Positions 8,989-17,527 of a stretch of 64,000 nt of DNA are shown one piece after another; positions within the stretch are counted from its first letter, which is position 1; every line of letters begins with the position of its first letter. The notes beneath the pieces are model-generated. The model did not search any database, was not told where the DNA came from, and saw only the letters and a program-made list of their open reading frames with translations. Both the position numbers and the translations under genes were made by a program. Source of the DNA: Alphaproteobacteria bacterium (GTDB taxonomy: Bacteria > Pseudomonadota > Alphaproteobacteria > UBA828); the NCBI GenBank assembly GCA_965220745.1, contig CBDCQT010000012.1, positions 448,001-512,000 on the forward strand, given 5' to 3'.

Positions 8989-10533
8989 TCAGCCTTCCGC
9001 GAGATCACCCACCGCCTTGACTCGGACCCGGCAGGCGGCGCCCGGCAGGTAGGCGAGGGGGATCTCCTCGACCTCGATGATCTCGATGCTGGCAGGCTCC
9101 GCACCGGCATCCGCCGCCTTGGCCTGTGCCTCGTCCTTAGCCTGGGCGATGGCGTTCTCGCGGCCCTCCTGCTCGTAGGAGAAGACGCGGTCCACCTCGC
9201 CGCCGACCTGGGCGATGGCAGCGCCGATGGCGTTCGCGACCGCCGAGTGCTTGGGCACGCTCAAGGTCGAGACACCGGCCAGATCGCGCCCGATCAGGAT
9301 GCTGCCGCCGCCCACCAGAATCGCGGGCACAGGCTCCGCGCTCGTCTTCATGCGGTCGATCGCGTCCTCCACCATGGTGTGGATGGTATCCAGCGCGCGT
9401 TTCACAGCACCGCCATCGAGCCCGGCGACGGCGTTACGGTCGCCGATATCGGCGAGCCCGGCGGCGACGGCGATATCGGTGGCGGTCAGCGTGTCGCCGC
9501 CGAAGACCAGCGCCTTCTCCGTCAGTTCGAAGCCGACAGAATCCGGGCCGACAGTGACCGCGTCGTCGCCCCGCACCAGGCTGCCGCCGCCGAGCCCGAT
9601 CGCCAGCACGTCGGGCATGCGGAAATTGGTCCGCACCCCGCCGACGTCGACCGCAACCGCAGACTCCCGTGGGAAGCCCCGGGCCAGCACGCCGACATCG
9701 GTGGTAGTGCCGCCGATATCGACCACGACGGCGTTCTCCTTGTCGGAGAGGAAGGCCGCGCCGCGCATGCTGTTGGTTGGGCCCGAGGCGAAGGTCAGCA
9801 CCGGATAGCGCTCGACGTAAGCCGCGCTCATCAGGGTGCCGTCGTTCTGGCTGATGAAGAAGGGCGCATCGATCTTGAGTTCCTTCAACGAGTCGCGGAA
9901 CGCGCCCACCACCTTGGCCGAGAGCGAGACCAGGGCCGCGTTCATCACCGCCGCGTTCTCCCGTTCGATCAGCCCGACCCGGCCGATCTCGTTGGAGAGC
10001 GTGATCTGCGCGCTCGGGTGTTCGGCGCGGATGATCTCGGCGGCGCGGTCCTCCTGCGCGCTGTTGAGCGGCGCGAAGACCGAGGAGACCGCCACCGATT
10101 CCAGCCCCTTGGCGGCGATATCGCGGGCGATATTGGCGATCTCGGCCTCGTCCAGGGGCGAGATTTCGCGCCCGTCCACCTCGTAGCCGCCCTTGGCCAT
10201 GTAGACGTTGCGGCCGATGGTATCCACCAGGTCGCGCGGCCAGTCGATCAGGGGATTGAGGCTCTCGGTGGCCGGCAGCGCGAGGCGCACGATGGCCACC
10301 GGCACCAGGCGTCGTCGCTCGACGATGGCGTTGGTGAACTGGGTGGTGCCGATCATCACACCGGTGACGATCTCCGGCGCGACCTCGGAGCGGGCGAGCA
10401 CGCCCTCGATGGCGGCCACCACGCCCGCGCCCACGTCGGCGGTGGTGGGTGCCTTGATGGACGCGACAACCGTTGCACCGTCCATCAGCACCGCATCGGT
10501 GTTCGTGCCGCCGACATCGACACCAATTCTCAT
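8989..10533 (-). CDS. Hydantoinase/oxoprolinase A-like protein
   Basis: Start MRIGVDVGGTNTDAVL behind AGGAG RBS; SGPTNS, DIGGTTTD, IGLGGGS motifs. Confidence 0.92.
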   Translation of the reverse strand: MRIGVDVGGTNTDAVLMDGATVVASIKAPTTADVGAGVVAAIEGVLARSEVAPEIVTGVMIGTTQFTNAIVERRRLVPVAIVRLALPATESLNPLIDWPRDLVDTIGRNVYMAKGGYEVDGREISPLDEAEIANIARDIAAKGLESVAVSSVFAPLNSAQEDRAAEIIRAEHPSAQITLSNEIGRVGLIERENAAVMNAALVSLSAKVVGAFRDSLKELKIDAPFFISQNDGTLMSAAYVERYPVLTFASGPTNSMRGAAFLSDKENAVVVDIGGTTTDVGVLARGFPRESAVAVDVGGVRTNFRMPDVLAIGLGGGSLVRGDDAVTVGPDSVGFELTEKALVFGGDTLTATDIAVAAGLADIGDRNAVAGLDGGAVKRALDTIHTMVEDAIDRMKTSAEPVPAILVGGGSILIGRDLAGVSTLSVPKHSAVANAIGAAIAQVGGEVDRVFSYEQEGRENAIAQAKDEAQAKAADAGAEPASIEIIEVEEIPLAYLPGAACRVRVKAVGDLAEG

Positions 10534-10697
10534 GCTTTTCTCCTGCGCTTCGTGCCGCCGCATCCTAATCGCAGTGCCATGTGATCGCACCGTCTAACGT
10601 TGCGCTGCCGCACCCGATTGAACGCCGGGCGGCAGAGACGTAGACTCCCCGCCAGGCAGCGTCCGCTGAGCGACGTTCCAAGGGAAGGGCACTGGCC

Positions 10698-11465
10698 ATG
10701 GCAACGGATGTGAGAGTGGTAACACCGATCACGACCTGGGGTTTTCGGGACAAGTCTGAGTTCGCCGCACTGGAGCGGCCGGACCTGACGATCAGTCATA
10801 TCGAGATCGAGACCGGCCCGGCCTCGATCGAATGCGAATACGACGAGGCGCTCGCCGTCCCTGGCACGATCGCGAAGATCATCGAGGCCGAGCGCGACGG
10901 CTGCGACGCGGTCGTGATCGACTGCATGGGTGACCCCGGCATGCTGCCGGGACGCGAGTGTGTCTCGATCCCGGTGATCGGGCCGTGTGAGGCGGCGATG
11001 CACGTGGCGTCGATGCTGGGGCACACCTTCAGCGTGGTTACGGTGCTGAAGCGGCTGCGCCCGCAGTTCGAGCATCAAGCGCAGCTCTATGGCGTGCGCG
11101 AGAAGCTCGCCTCGGTCCGTTCCGTTTCGATCCCGGTTCTCGAGTTGGAGCAGGATCTCGATCGTACCAAGGCGGCGCTTGCGGAGGAGGCGGTTCTGGC
11201 GGTCGAGGAGGACGGCGCGGATGCGATCATCTTCGGCTGCACAGGCATGCTGGGCTGCGCCGAGGCCGTGCGCCGCGGCCTGCTCGCCAGGGGCTACGAC
11301 GTGCCGGTGATCGACCCGGTGCCATGGGCGGTCAAGCTCGCCGCGAGCCTGGTGGACGCCGGGCTCAGCCACAGCAAGATCACCTACGAGCGCCCGCCGG
11401 CGAAGCCCGTGGTCGGCTACGAGATTCCGCCGATGACGAGCCTCACCCGCGACGCCGCCGAGTAG
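10698..11465 (+). CDS. Asp/Glu/hydantoin racemase family protein
   Basis: GPASIE, catalytic IDCMGDPG and FGCTGM, VIDP. Confidence 0.92.
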   Translation: MATDVRVVTPITTWGFRDKSEFAALERPDLTISHIEIETGPASIECEYDEALAVPGTIAKIIEAERDGCDAVVIDCMGDPGMLPGRECVSIPVIGPCEAAMHVASMLGHTFSVVTVLKRLRPQFEHQAQLYGVREKLASVRSVSIPVLELEQDLDRTKAALAEEAVLAVEEDGADAIIFGCTGMLGCAEAVRRGLLARGYDVPVIDPVPWAVKLAASLVDAGLSHSKITYERPPAKPVVGYEIPPMTSLTRDAAE

Positions 11466-11758
11466 GTGTCGCGCCCAACCCGGTGGACTGGCGCGTCGAT
11501 CTCGACGCCTCCTGCCCCGCGACCTCGGCCGTCGGCGTGGGGTGCCCGATCTCGGCCGGCCTGACGCCCCTCCGGCGGATTTTCCCTTTCGGATCGGCGG
11601 CTGCGGATTCGTCGAGGGCATCAAGTTCCCGAACGTCGAATTCATAACCTCCGCCAATCCTGTGGACTTTCAGACCCATTTGTAGTGAACGCGCGACTCG
11701 AGCGCTGATTGGCCTTGTGCGACTAGGTGCTGGAAACCCGTTATTCGACCGTAGGTGG

Positions 11759-11816
11759 ATGCCGGTCGCGTGTCAGTCGGCGAAATGGATAGGTCCGCAA
11801 CTTGTTCGGATAGGTG
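11759..11816 (-). promoter_or_regulatory. Inverted second copy of the ACCTATCC-box promoter
   Basis: Reverse complement matches 3616-3673 at 53/58 nt; CTGACA-N17-TACGGT on the minus strand. Confidence 0.65.
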
Positions 11817-11892
11817 ATTACAGCCGACAAAGACCCGAGCCTCTCACCGACCGGCCAAGCTTTCGTCTCTCGACTTAGGCTGATCGATTTAG

Positions 11893-14688
11893 CTACGGGT
11901 GCGGCACTTCCGGCGGTTTGTCCAGCCCATGCCGCTGAGCCACGGAGACGGCGAGAGCCCGCTTATTCACGCCCAGCTTGGCATAGATATTCTTCAAGTG
12001 AAATTTCACTGTTGGTTCCGAGAGCCCCAAGTGCCGGGCGATGCGCTTGTTCGAGTGACCTTGCGCAAGTTGTTCCATGACTTCCAGTTCACGTGAGCTG
12101 AGAATATGCGCTGCCTCTCCATGTTCCCCAGAGCGCATGTCAGACAATAATCGGGCGACGAATTCCACTTCAACCTCACTCATGTCGCCGATCCCGGTGG
12201 TTCGAACGACTGCCTGCACCAATTGCGCCAGAAATCTACCCTCTTCGGCAAAGGAACCATAAAATCCGCACGAGCTGCCTAGGGCGATAGCTTGCTTGAA
12301 GGGCTTGGCGGCGGCGCGACTGTCTCCGGATTCATGCAGCGCCATGGACTGCAGGATTAATCCCTTTACCCGGAAGCGAACCGCATTTGCTTCCTGGGAC
12401 TTGCGAACCGCCTCGTTCAGTAACTCCACTGCATGGACGGCGTCGCCAAACCGAATGTGGTATCGGGCCAGGGAAAACGCCGCCATATAGAAGCCGCGCC
12501 AACACGCCCCGGCATCTCCTGCATCGGCGTGAGTCAGGCGATCGATATCCTGCAAAGCCAACTCGGCCAGATCGGCCCGTTCCGCGCGGACAAACAGATC
12601 CAGCCGCTTGTAACAAATAAGGTGCTGAAGCCGGTGCATGTTTCGCCGCCTGATCGTCCGCTCCGCTTGATCGAGTATCTCGGCGGCGGCCTCTGGACCA
12701 TTGTCGGCATATGCCACCTCCATGGCCACCGTGTATCCCGGAACATAAAGCTCGCTCCACCCTTCCCTGACCTCGATATCGTGAAGCGAATTGAAAATAC
12801 GCCGGCTGGCGGCTATTGGGTCGCCGCGTTCGAGATGGATTTCCGACAAGAGCACGGAAGCGATGCCCGCGAGCCCCCTGTCAGCGGGAAAATACCGCTC
12901 AGCCAGGTCTAGCGCCGTTGACCTTCGTTTCTGGGCATCGGAGAGAAGACCTTCTTCAAGATCGATAATGCTAATGTTGATATGAATAAAGAACTGGAGA
13001 TATTTGGCATCGAGATCCCGATAGTAGGCCATGGATCTCTCGCCGGACAGTCTGGCATTCTTCAGATTGCCTGCCTGGATCTGCGTGACGCAAAGAATAT
13101 TATGAAGAACTCCTCGAACGAGCGATTCCGATTCTGGTGTCGATCGTGTCAAACTCTCAAAGCGAGCGATATCTTCATCTGAAATCATCCGGTCTTCATA
13201 AATTCGGAGAAGCGCGCCGATCAGCGTGATCTCGTCGGCCAGATCGCGATCGTCGGTTGCGCCCTGGGCGACGACTTCGTCGAAAAGCTTGGCGGCCTCA
13301 ACGATCCGCCCTTCTTTCGCAAGGACGTAGGCCAAACACAACTTGGCGCGCGGACTGACATGAACCGCATTCGTAGGAATATGATCCAGGAGAGATCGAA
13401 GATAACCCACACCCTGTCTTATGCCGACTAGTACGCCGCCAGCGTTTTCGACATATCCTATCGCCCGCGCGTAAGCGTTTCCTGCCTTGGCGTGGTGTAT
13501 AGCGGACTGGAGATCATCGGCAGCGAAGAACCAATCGGCGGCGCGTCGATGCAACGCATCGACATGTTCCCTGCCGAGATAAATCTGCTGTTGCCGCAAG
13601 AACTCCAGAAACAGTTGGTGATGCCTGAACCACCCGTCTTCGGGAGCATCGCTCCTCGACATCAGGACTCCGGCCTTCCAAGTCTCGAGTAATTTCTCCC
13701 ATCCGTCATTTCGCTCTCGAACAGCATCTGCAAGATCGCCGTTCAAACGCTCCAGGTGCGCCGTTTCCAGAAGAAATTGCTGCTGGTCTTCCGAGAGTTG
13801 TTTGAACACGCGTTCATTGAGATAATCGGCCAACTCGGCCCGCGATCCGGACAGGCTGCTGACATGTCGCTCGAAGGGAACGCTGCCATTGTGGGTCAGG
13901 TGTGTCAGTTGAACCGCGACCGGCCACCCTTCAGTCCGCTCAATCAACTGCCTCGAAACCTGCTCGTCCAGCGGCTGATCGAACAGCGCTCCTATGTCCC
14001 CTTCGCCGAATCTAAGGTCGTCGACCGTGATCTCGTGGACTTCACCTTGCAATCTCAATCCTGAGACCGGAATGCCCGACCGCTCTCTAGTTGCGATGAC
14101 GATATGCAAGGTTTGTGGGCTGTTGTGGATAAGGTATTCGAAAAGCTCGAGGCAAGCGCCGGTATCAGCGAAATGCGCGTCGTCTATGATCAGGCATGCC
14201 TCCACACCGCTTTCGCGCAACAGCGTTGTCAACATCGAGAGGCGAGCAAGCGGCTCCGTATCGCCCGAAACGGAAGCGTGAACATCGAGGTCAGCCCGCG
14301 CCGCTTGTTCCAGGAGCGCGATCAACGACGTCGGATCGCAATCGCGGCGTTCAATTTGAACCCAGGCCCAGGCAATACCGGAACGGCCTAACCTCGCGCG
14401 CAGCTGATTCAGTAGGGTCGTCTTGCCATATCCGGCCGGTGCGTCGATCAGCGTCAGACGCCGCCCAAGATTGTCCTGAATGCGGTCGAGGAGCGGTGTC
14501 CGTTCGATCAGTACGACCCTGTCCGGTGAAGCCATCGACCCATGCCCGGCAACTGGTCCGGCTCGAATCTTAGTCCATGGACGGTTTGTCGACCAAGCTG
14601 GCTGATCGGCGGACCACAGCGGAGCAGGACGGCCCGCCTGGCAGGACGATCGTCTCCAGGTCTGGCCGCCTGAATTCCAGGCGGCCAC
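11893..14688 (-). CDS. MalT-like large ATP-binding LuxR (STAND) transcriptional regulator; start uncertain (alternative ATG at 14535)
   Basis: Walker A APAGYGKT, Walker B LIIDDAH, RTEGWP, WFRHHQLF, C-terminal LuxR HTH LSSRELEV...TVKFHLKNIYAKLGV; visibly more AT-rich than flanks. Confidence 0.92.
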   Translation of the reverse strand: MAAWNSGGQTWRRSSCQAGRPAPLWSADQPAWSTNRPWTKIRAGPVAGHGSMASPDRVVLIERTPLLDRIQDNLGRRLTLIDAPAGYGKTTLLNQLRARLGRSGIAWAWVQIERRDCDPTSLIALLEQAARADLDVHASVSGDTEPLARLSMLTTLLRESGVEACLIIDDAHFADTGACLELFEYLIHNSPQTLHIVIATRERSGIPVSGLRLQGEVHEITVDDLRFGEGDIGALFDQPLDEQVSRQLIERTEGWPVAVQLTHLTHNGSVPFERHVSSLSGSRAELADYLNERVFKQLSEDQQQFLLETAHLERLNGDLADAVRERNDGWEKLLETWKAGVLMSRSDAPEDGWFRHHQLFLEFLRQQQIYLGREHVDALHRRAADWFFAADDLQSAIHHAKAGNAYARAIGYVENAGGVLVGIRQGVGYLRSLLDHIPTNAVHVSPRAKLCLAYVLAKEGRIVEAAKLFDEVVAQGATDDRDLADEITLIGALLRIYEDRMISDEDIARFESLTRSTPESESLVRGVLHNILCVTQIQAGNLKNARLSGERSMAYYRDLDAKYLQFFIHINISIIDLEEGLLSDAQKRRSTALDLAERYFPADRGLAGIASVLLSEIHLERGDPIAASRRIFNSLHDIEVREGWSELYVPGYTVAMEVAYADNGPEAAAEILDQAERTIRRRNMHRLQHLICYKRLDLFVRAERADLAELALQDIDRLTHADAGDAGACWRGFYMAAFSLARYHIRFGDAVHAVELLNEAVRKSQEANAVRFRVKGLILQSMALHESGDSRAAAKPFKQAIALGSSCGFYGSFAEEGRFLAQLVQAVVRTTGIGDMSEVEVEFVARLLSDMRSGEHGEAAHILSSRELEVMEQLAQGHSNKRIARHLGLSEPTVKFHLKNIYAKLGVNKRALAVSVAQRHGLDKPPEVPHP

Positions 14689-14708
14689 GTGGCCGTACGG
14701 CGTTGTAG

Positions 14709-14801
14709 TGTTGTTCGGCGTGAAAAACTGCTCCCCCCAGTATCACGCCACTTCAATAGGTTATCGCGCCGATCGGCGCGCAACTCACGTGCCGAACAAC
14801 A
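14709..14801. repeat. 93-bp MITE-like element with 11-bp terminal inverted repeats
   Basis: TGTTGTTCGGC (14709-14719) / GCCGAACAACA (14791-14801); inverted homologous copy at 51019-51110. Confidence 0.7.
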
Positions 14802-14808
14802 ATCCGGG

Positions 14809-15711
14809 CTAATAGTCGCGGAGCTCCGAGGCTTCGGTGGCGGCCTTGGCACCGCCGCGCATCCGCCCGCTGATCCAGACGCCGAGGATCGTCGCCATAT
14901 AGGGCAGCGAGAGCAGCACGTCGTGCGGGATGCTCGCGCCGAAGAGCAACTGCAGCCTGATTCCCGCGACGCCCACCAGGCTGAAGAACATCGCGGCGAA
15001 GGTTGCGCCAACCGGATGCGCCGCGCCGAAGATGACGGCAGCGAAGCTCATGAAGCCGCGCCCTGCGGTCATGTTGTGGGCGAAGATGGTGAGGCCGCCT
15101 GCAGCGAGCTCGGCACCGCCGATGGCGCCAAGGACCCCGCCCGCCGCCAGCGCGATGAGCCGCGCGGTGGCTGGATTGGTGCCCACGCTGCGTGCCGCGA
15201 GCGGGTGCTCGCCGGCAGCGGCCAGACGCAGGCCGAAGCGCGTGCGGCGCAGCAGTACCCACATGCCCCACACCACAAATGGCATCATCAGAACGAAGAT
15301 CGAGAGCGCGCCGTAGGGGCCGAAGGCCGCGCCCAGCCGGGGCACGCCAAAAGGCGCGGTCACGGCGGCGAGGCTACCGAAGAGCGCCTGGACGGCCAGC
15401 GCTGTCCCGCCGATGCCGAGGCCCGTAAGTCCCAAACCTGCGATGATCGGGTTGGCACCCAGCTTCTCGATCACGAACCAAAGCAGCACGGAGGCGGCGA
15501 CGCAGAGCATGCAGGCGATGCCGATGGCGGCCGGGAACGAACCGGTCAGCACGATGCCGAGAATTGTCGCGCAGGCGCCGATGATCATCACGCCTTCGAG
15601 GCCGAGGTGCCAGACGCCGGCGCGCTGGGCGATGACGCCAGCCATGGTGACGTAGACCAGCGGCGTGCCGGAGCGCAGAATCGCCACCATGAACTCGTGG
15701 AACTCGGTCAT
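14809..15711 (-). CDS. ABC transporter permease (nucleoside/BMP-associated type)
   Basis: RAGVWHLGLEG, RTRFGLRLAAAGEHP, MTAGRGF motifs. Confidence 0.9.
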   Translation of the reverse strand: MTEFHEFMVAILRSGTPLVYVTMAGVIAQRAGVWHLGLEGVMIIGACATILGIVLTGSFPAAIGIACMLCVAASVLLWFVIEKLGANPIIAGLGLTGLGIGGTALAVQALFGSLAAVTAPFGVPRLGAAFGPYGALSIFVLMMPFVVWGMWVLLRRTRFGLRLAAAGEHPLAARSVGTNPATARLIALAAGGVLGAIGGAELAAGGLTIFAHNMTAGRGFMSFAAVIFGAAHPVGATFAAMFFSLVGVAGIRLQLLFGASIPHDVLLSLPYMATILGVWISGRMRGGAKAATEASELRDY

Positions 15712-16754
15712 GTTGGCAGCCTGGCGGCCCGCAGGAGGCGGTCTAACAGCCCTGATTTCGCAGTGATGAAGAGCGCGACGGAGGCGTTGAAGATGTCGAT
15801 GGCGGCGGCTGGCAACCCGGCCAGGATCGGCAGGTAGAGCGCGGCCGACGCAAGGCCGCCGAAGAACATGCTGACGACCGCCGTCGCGAGCACCGATAGG
15901 TTAGCGACCAGCGCGATCAACACCGCGGTGAAGCCGTGGCCGGGCAGAAATCCGCTCGCGATGCGCCCGGTCGGGCCGAGAAGCTCGATGGTGCCGGCGA
16001 GCCCGGCCAGTCCGCCGCTGATGAGGAAGCTCGAAAGGCCCAGGGTCCAGAGCCGCGCGCCCTGAAAGCGCACCATGGTCGGGTTGCGCCCGGCGAGGCT
16101 CGCCAGCATGCCGAAGGGCGTACGGTTGACCAGCACCCACATGGCGAGCGCGACGGCGGCGGCAATGCCGATTATGGCGGGCGAGATGCCCTGTGAATCG
16201 CTGATCCGATAGACCGCCGGCAGCAGTGGGCTCGCCGCCTGCTGGCCGGTGCCGGAGGGGTCCTTGAGCGGACCCGAGGTGACGTAGACCAGCACGAGGG
16301 CTGCGATGAAGTTTCCCATCAGCGTCGTGATGACCTCGTCGGTACCGGAGCGAAGCCGCAAGTATCCCGGCCAGAGCGCCCAGAGCGCGCCCCCCGCCAT
16401 GCCGGCGAGAAAGGTCGCCGGCAGCACGAGGGCGGCCGGGCCGCCGCCGAGCAGGTCGGTGACGAAGGCAGCGCAAATGGCGCCCACATAGAACTGGCCC
16501 TGCGCACCGATATTGAAGAAACCGCAGCGGAATGAGATTGCGACGCCCGTCGCGGTGATGAAGAGCGGGAGCGCCCAGCGCAGGCTCTGCGCCCAGCCGC
16601 CCGCCCGCAAGAAGGCGCCCTCCACGACGCTCTCGAGCATCAGGAGCGCCAAGTAGCCGGCGAGCTCGAAGACGATGCCGCAGAGCGCGAGCGCGAGAAC
16701 GATGAAGGCGAGCGTGCGGATAACCGCACCTGCGCGGATGCTGATGCCGCTCAT
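15708..16754 (-). CDS. ABC transporter permease (nucleoside/BMP-associated type)
   Basis: FNIGAQGQ, EVITTLM, SGGLAGLAG motifs. Confidence 0.9.
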   Translation of the reverse strand: MSGISIRAGAVIRTLAFIVLALALCGIVFELAGYLALLMLESVVEGAFLRAGGWAQSLRWALPLFITATGVAISFRCGFFNIGAQGQFYVGAICAAFVTDLLGGGPAALVLPATFLAGMAGGALWALWPGYLRLRSGTDEVITTLMGNFIAALVLVYVTSGPLKDPSGTGQQAASPLLPAVYRISDSQGISPAIIGIAAAVALAMWVLVNRTPFGMLASLAGRNPTMVRFQGARLWTLGLSSFLISGGLAGLAGTIELLGPTGRIASGFLPGHGFTAVLIALVANLSVLATAVVSMFFGGLASAALYLPILAGLPAAAIDIFNASVALFITAKSGLLDRLLRAARLPT

Positions 16755-17130
16755 TCGACCGCTCCGGTCATGGCGCGGCCCACCGCGGCGATGTCGTAAG
16801 GCGGGACGAACTCGGCGACGATGCGGCCCGAGAGCATGACCACCAGGCGGTGGCTGACGTCGAACAACTCGTCGAGATCAGACGAGATCAGCAACACACC
16901 GCAGCCGCGACCGGCCGCTTGGCGGAGAGCCGACCAGACGAAGGCGGTGGCACCGATGTCGAGCCCGCGCGCGGGCTGCGCGGCGACGATGAGGCGCGCG
17001 TCTTCGTCGATCTCGCGCGCGAGGATCACCTTCTGCGCGTTGCCGCCAGAAAGCGCGCCGGCGTTCTGTGCCGCCGACGCATAGTGCACGCCCCAGGCTT
17101 GGAGCGCCTCGTCGCAGCGCCTGCGCAGGG
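16751..17130 (-). pseudogene. C-terminal fragment of a two-domain ABC ATPase
   Basis: Only LSGGNAQKVILARE, QPARGLD and LLISSDLDE remain; no Walker A; upstream in-frame sequence is unrelated. Confidence 0.8.
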
Positions 17131-17251
17131 CGGCCGGATCACCGGCACGCCGAACGTCGGCTTCGGGCTCACGGGCGCCGGCGCGCGGGAGTACCGCGTA
17201 GGCTGGCGGCTGACTTCGGCGATCTGGGGCGATCGCGGCTTCGAGGTCACC
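17129..17251 (+). pseudogene. Fragment resembling the C-terminal beta-barrel of an autotransporter-like surface protein
   Basis: GGRITGTPNVGFGLTGAGAREYRVGWRLTSAIWGDRGFEVT has alternating amphipathic strands; recognised from memory; no start or proper end. Confidence 0.45.
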
Positions 17252-17255
17252 CGGA

Positions 17256-17450
17256 ATGATCCCCGAGTTCGTGCGCAATCTGAATGCCTGGACCAGGTCG
17301 CGATAATTCGGGAAGCCCAGCGTTGACGGCGCCGGGCGACACGCTGGATCCACCAACGACAATTGGCCGGCATCTGAGTGCAAGATGGGCCGCAACGAGC
17401 CCTACCCCTGCAGTTCAGGCCGAGAATGCAAGCGGTGTTGCGGCGCGTCC
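17256..17450 (+). pseudogene. Decayed UPF0149/YecA-like C-terminus with SEC-C motif
   Basis: One frame reads MIPEFVRNLNAWTRSR*...KMGRNEPYPCSSGRECKRCCG (degenerate GRNEPCPCGSGKKYKRCCG). Confidence 0.6.
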
Positions 17451-17527
17451 CGGCTGGTGCATTGTCGGGGAGGCTCACACCGTTCGATGCAATGGTCCGT
17501 CGAAATGTCGGCGGGCCGAGCGGATGG

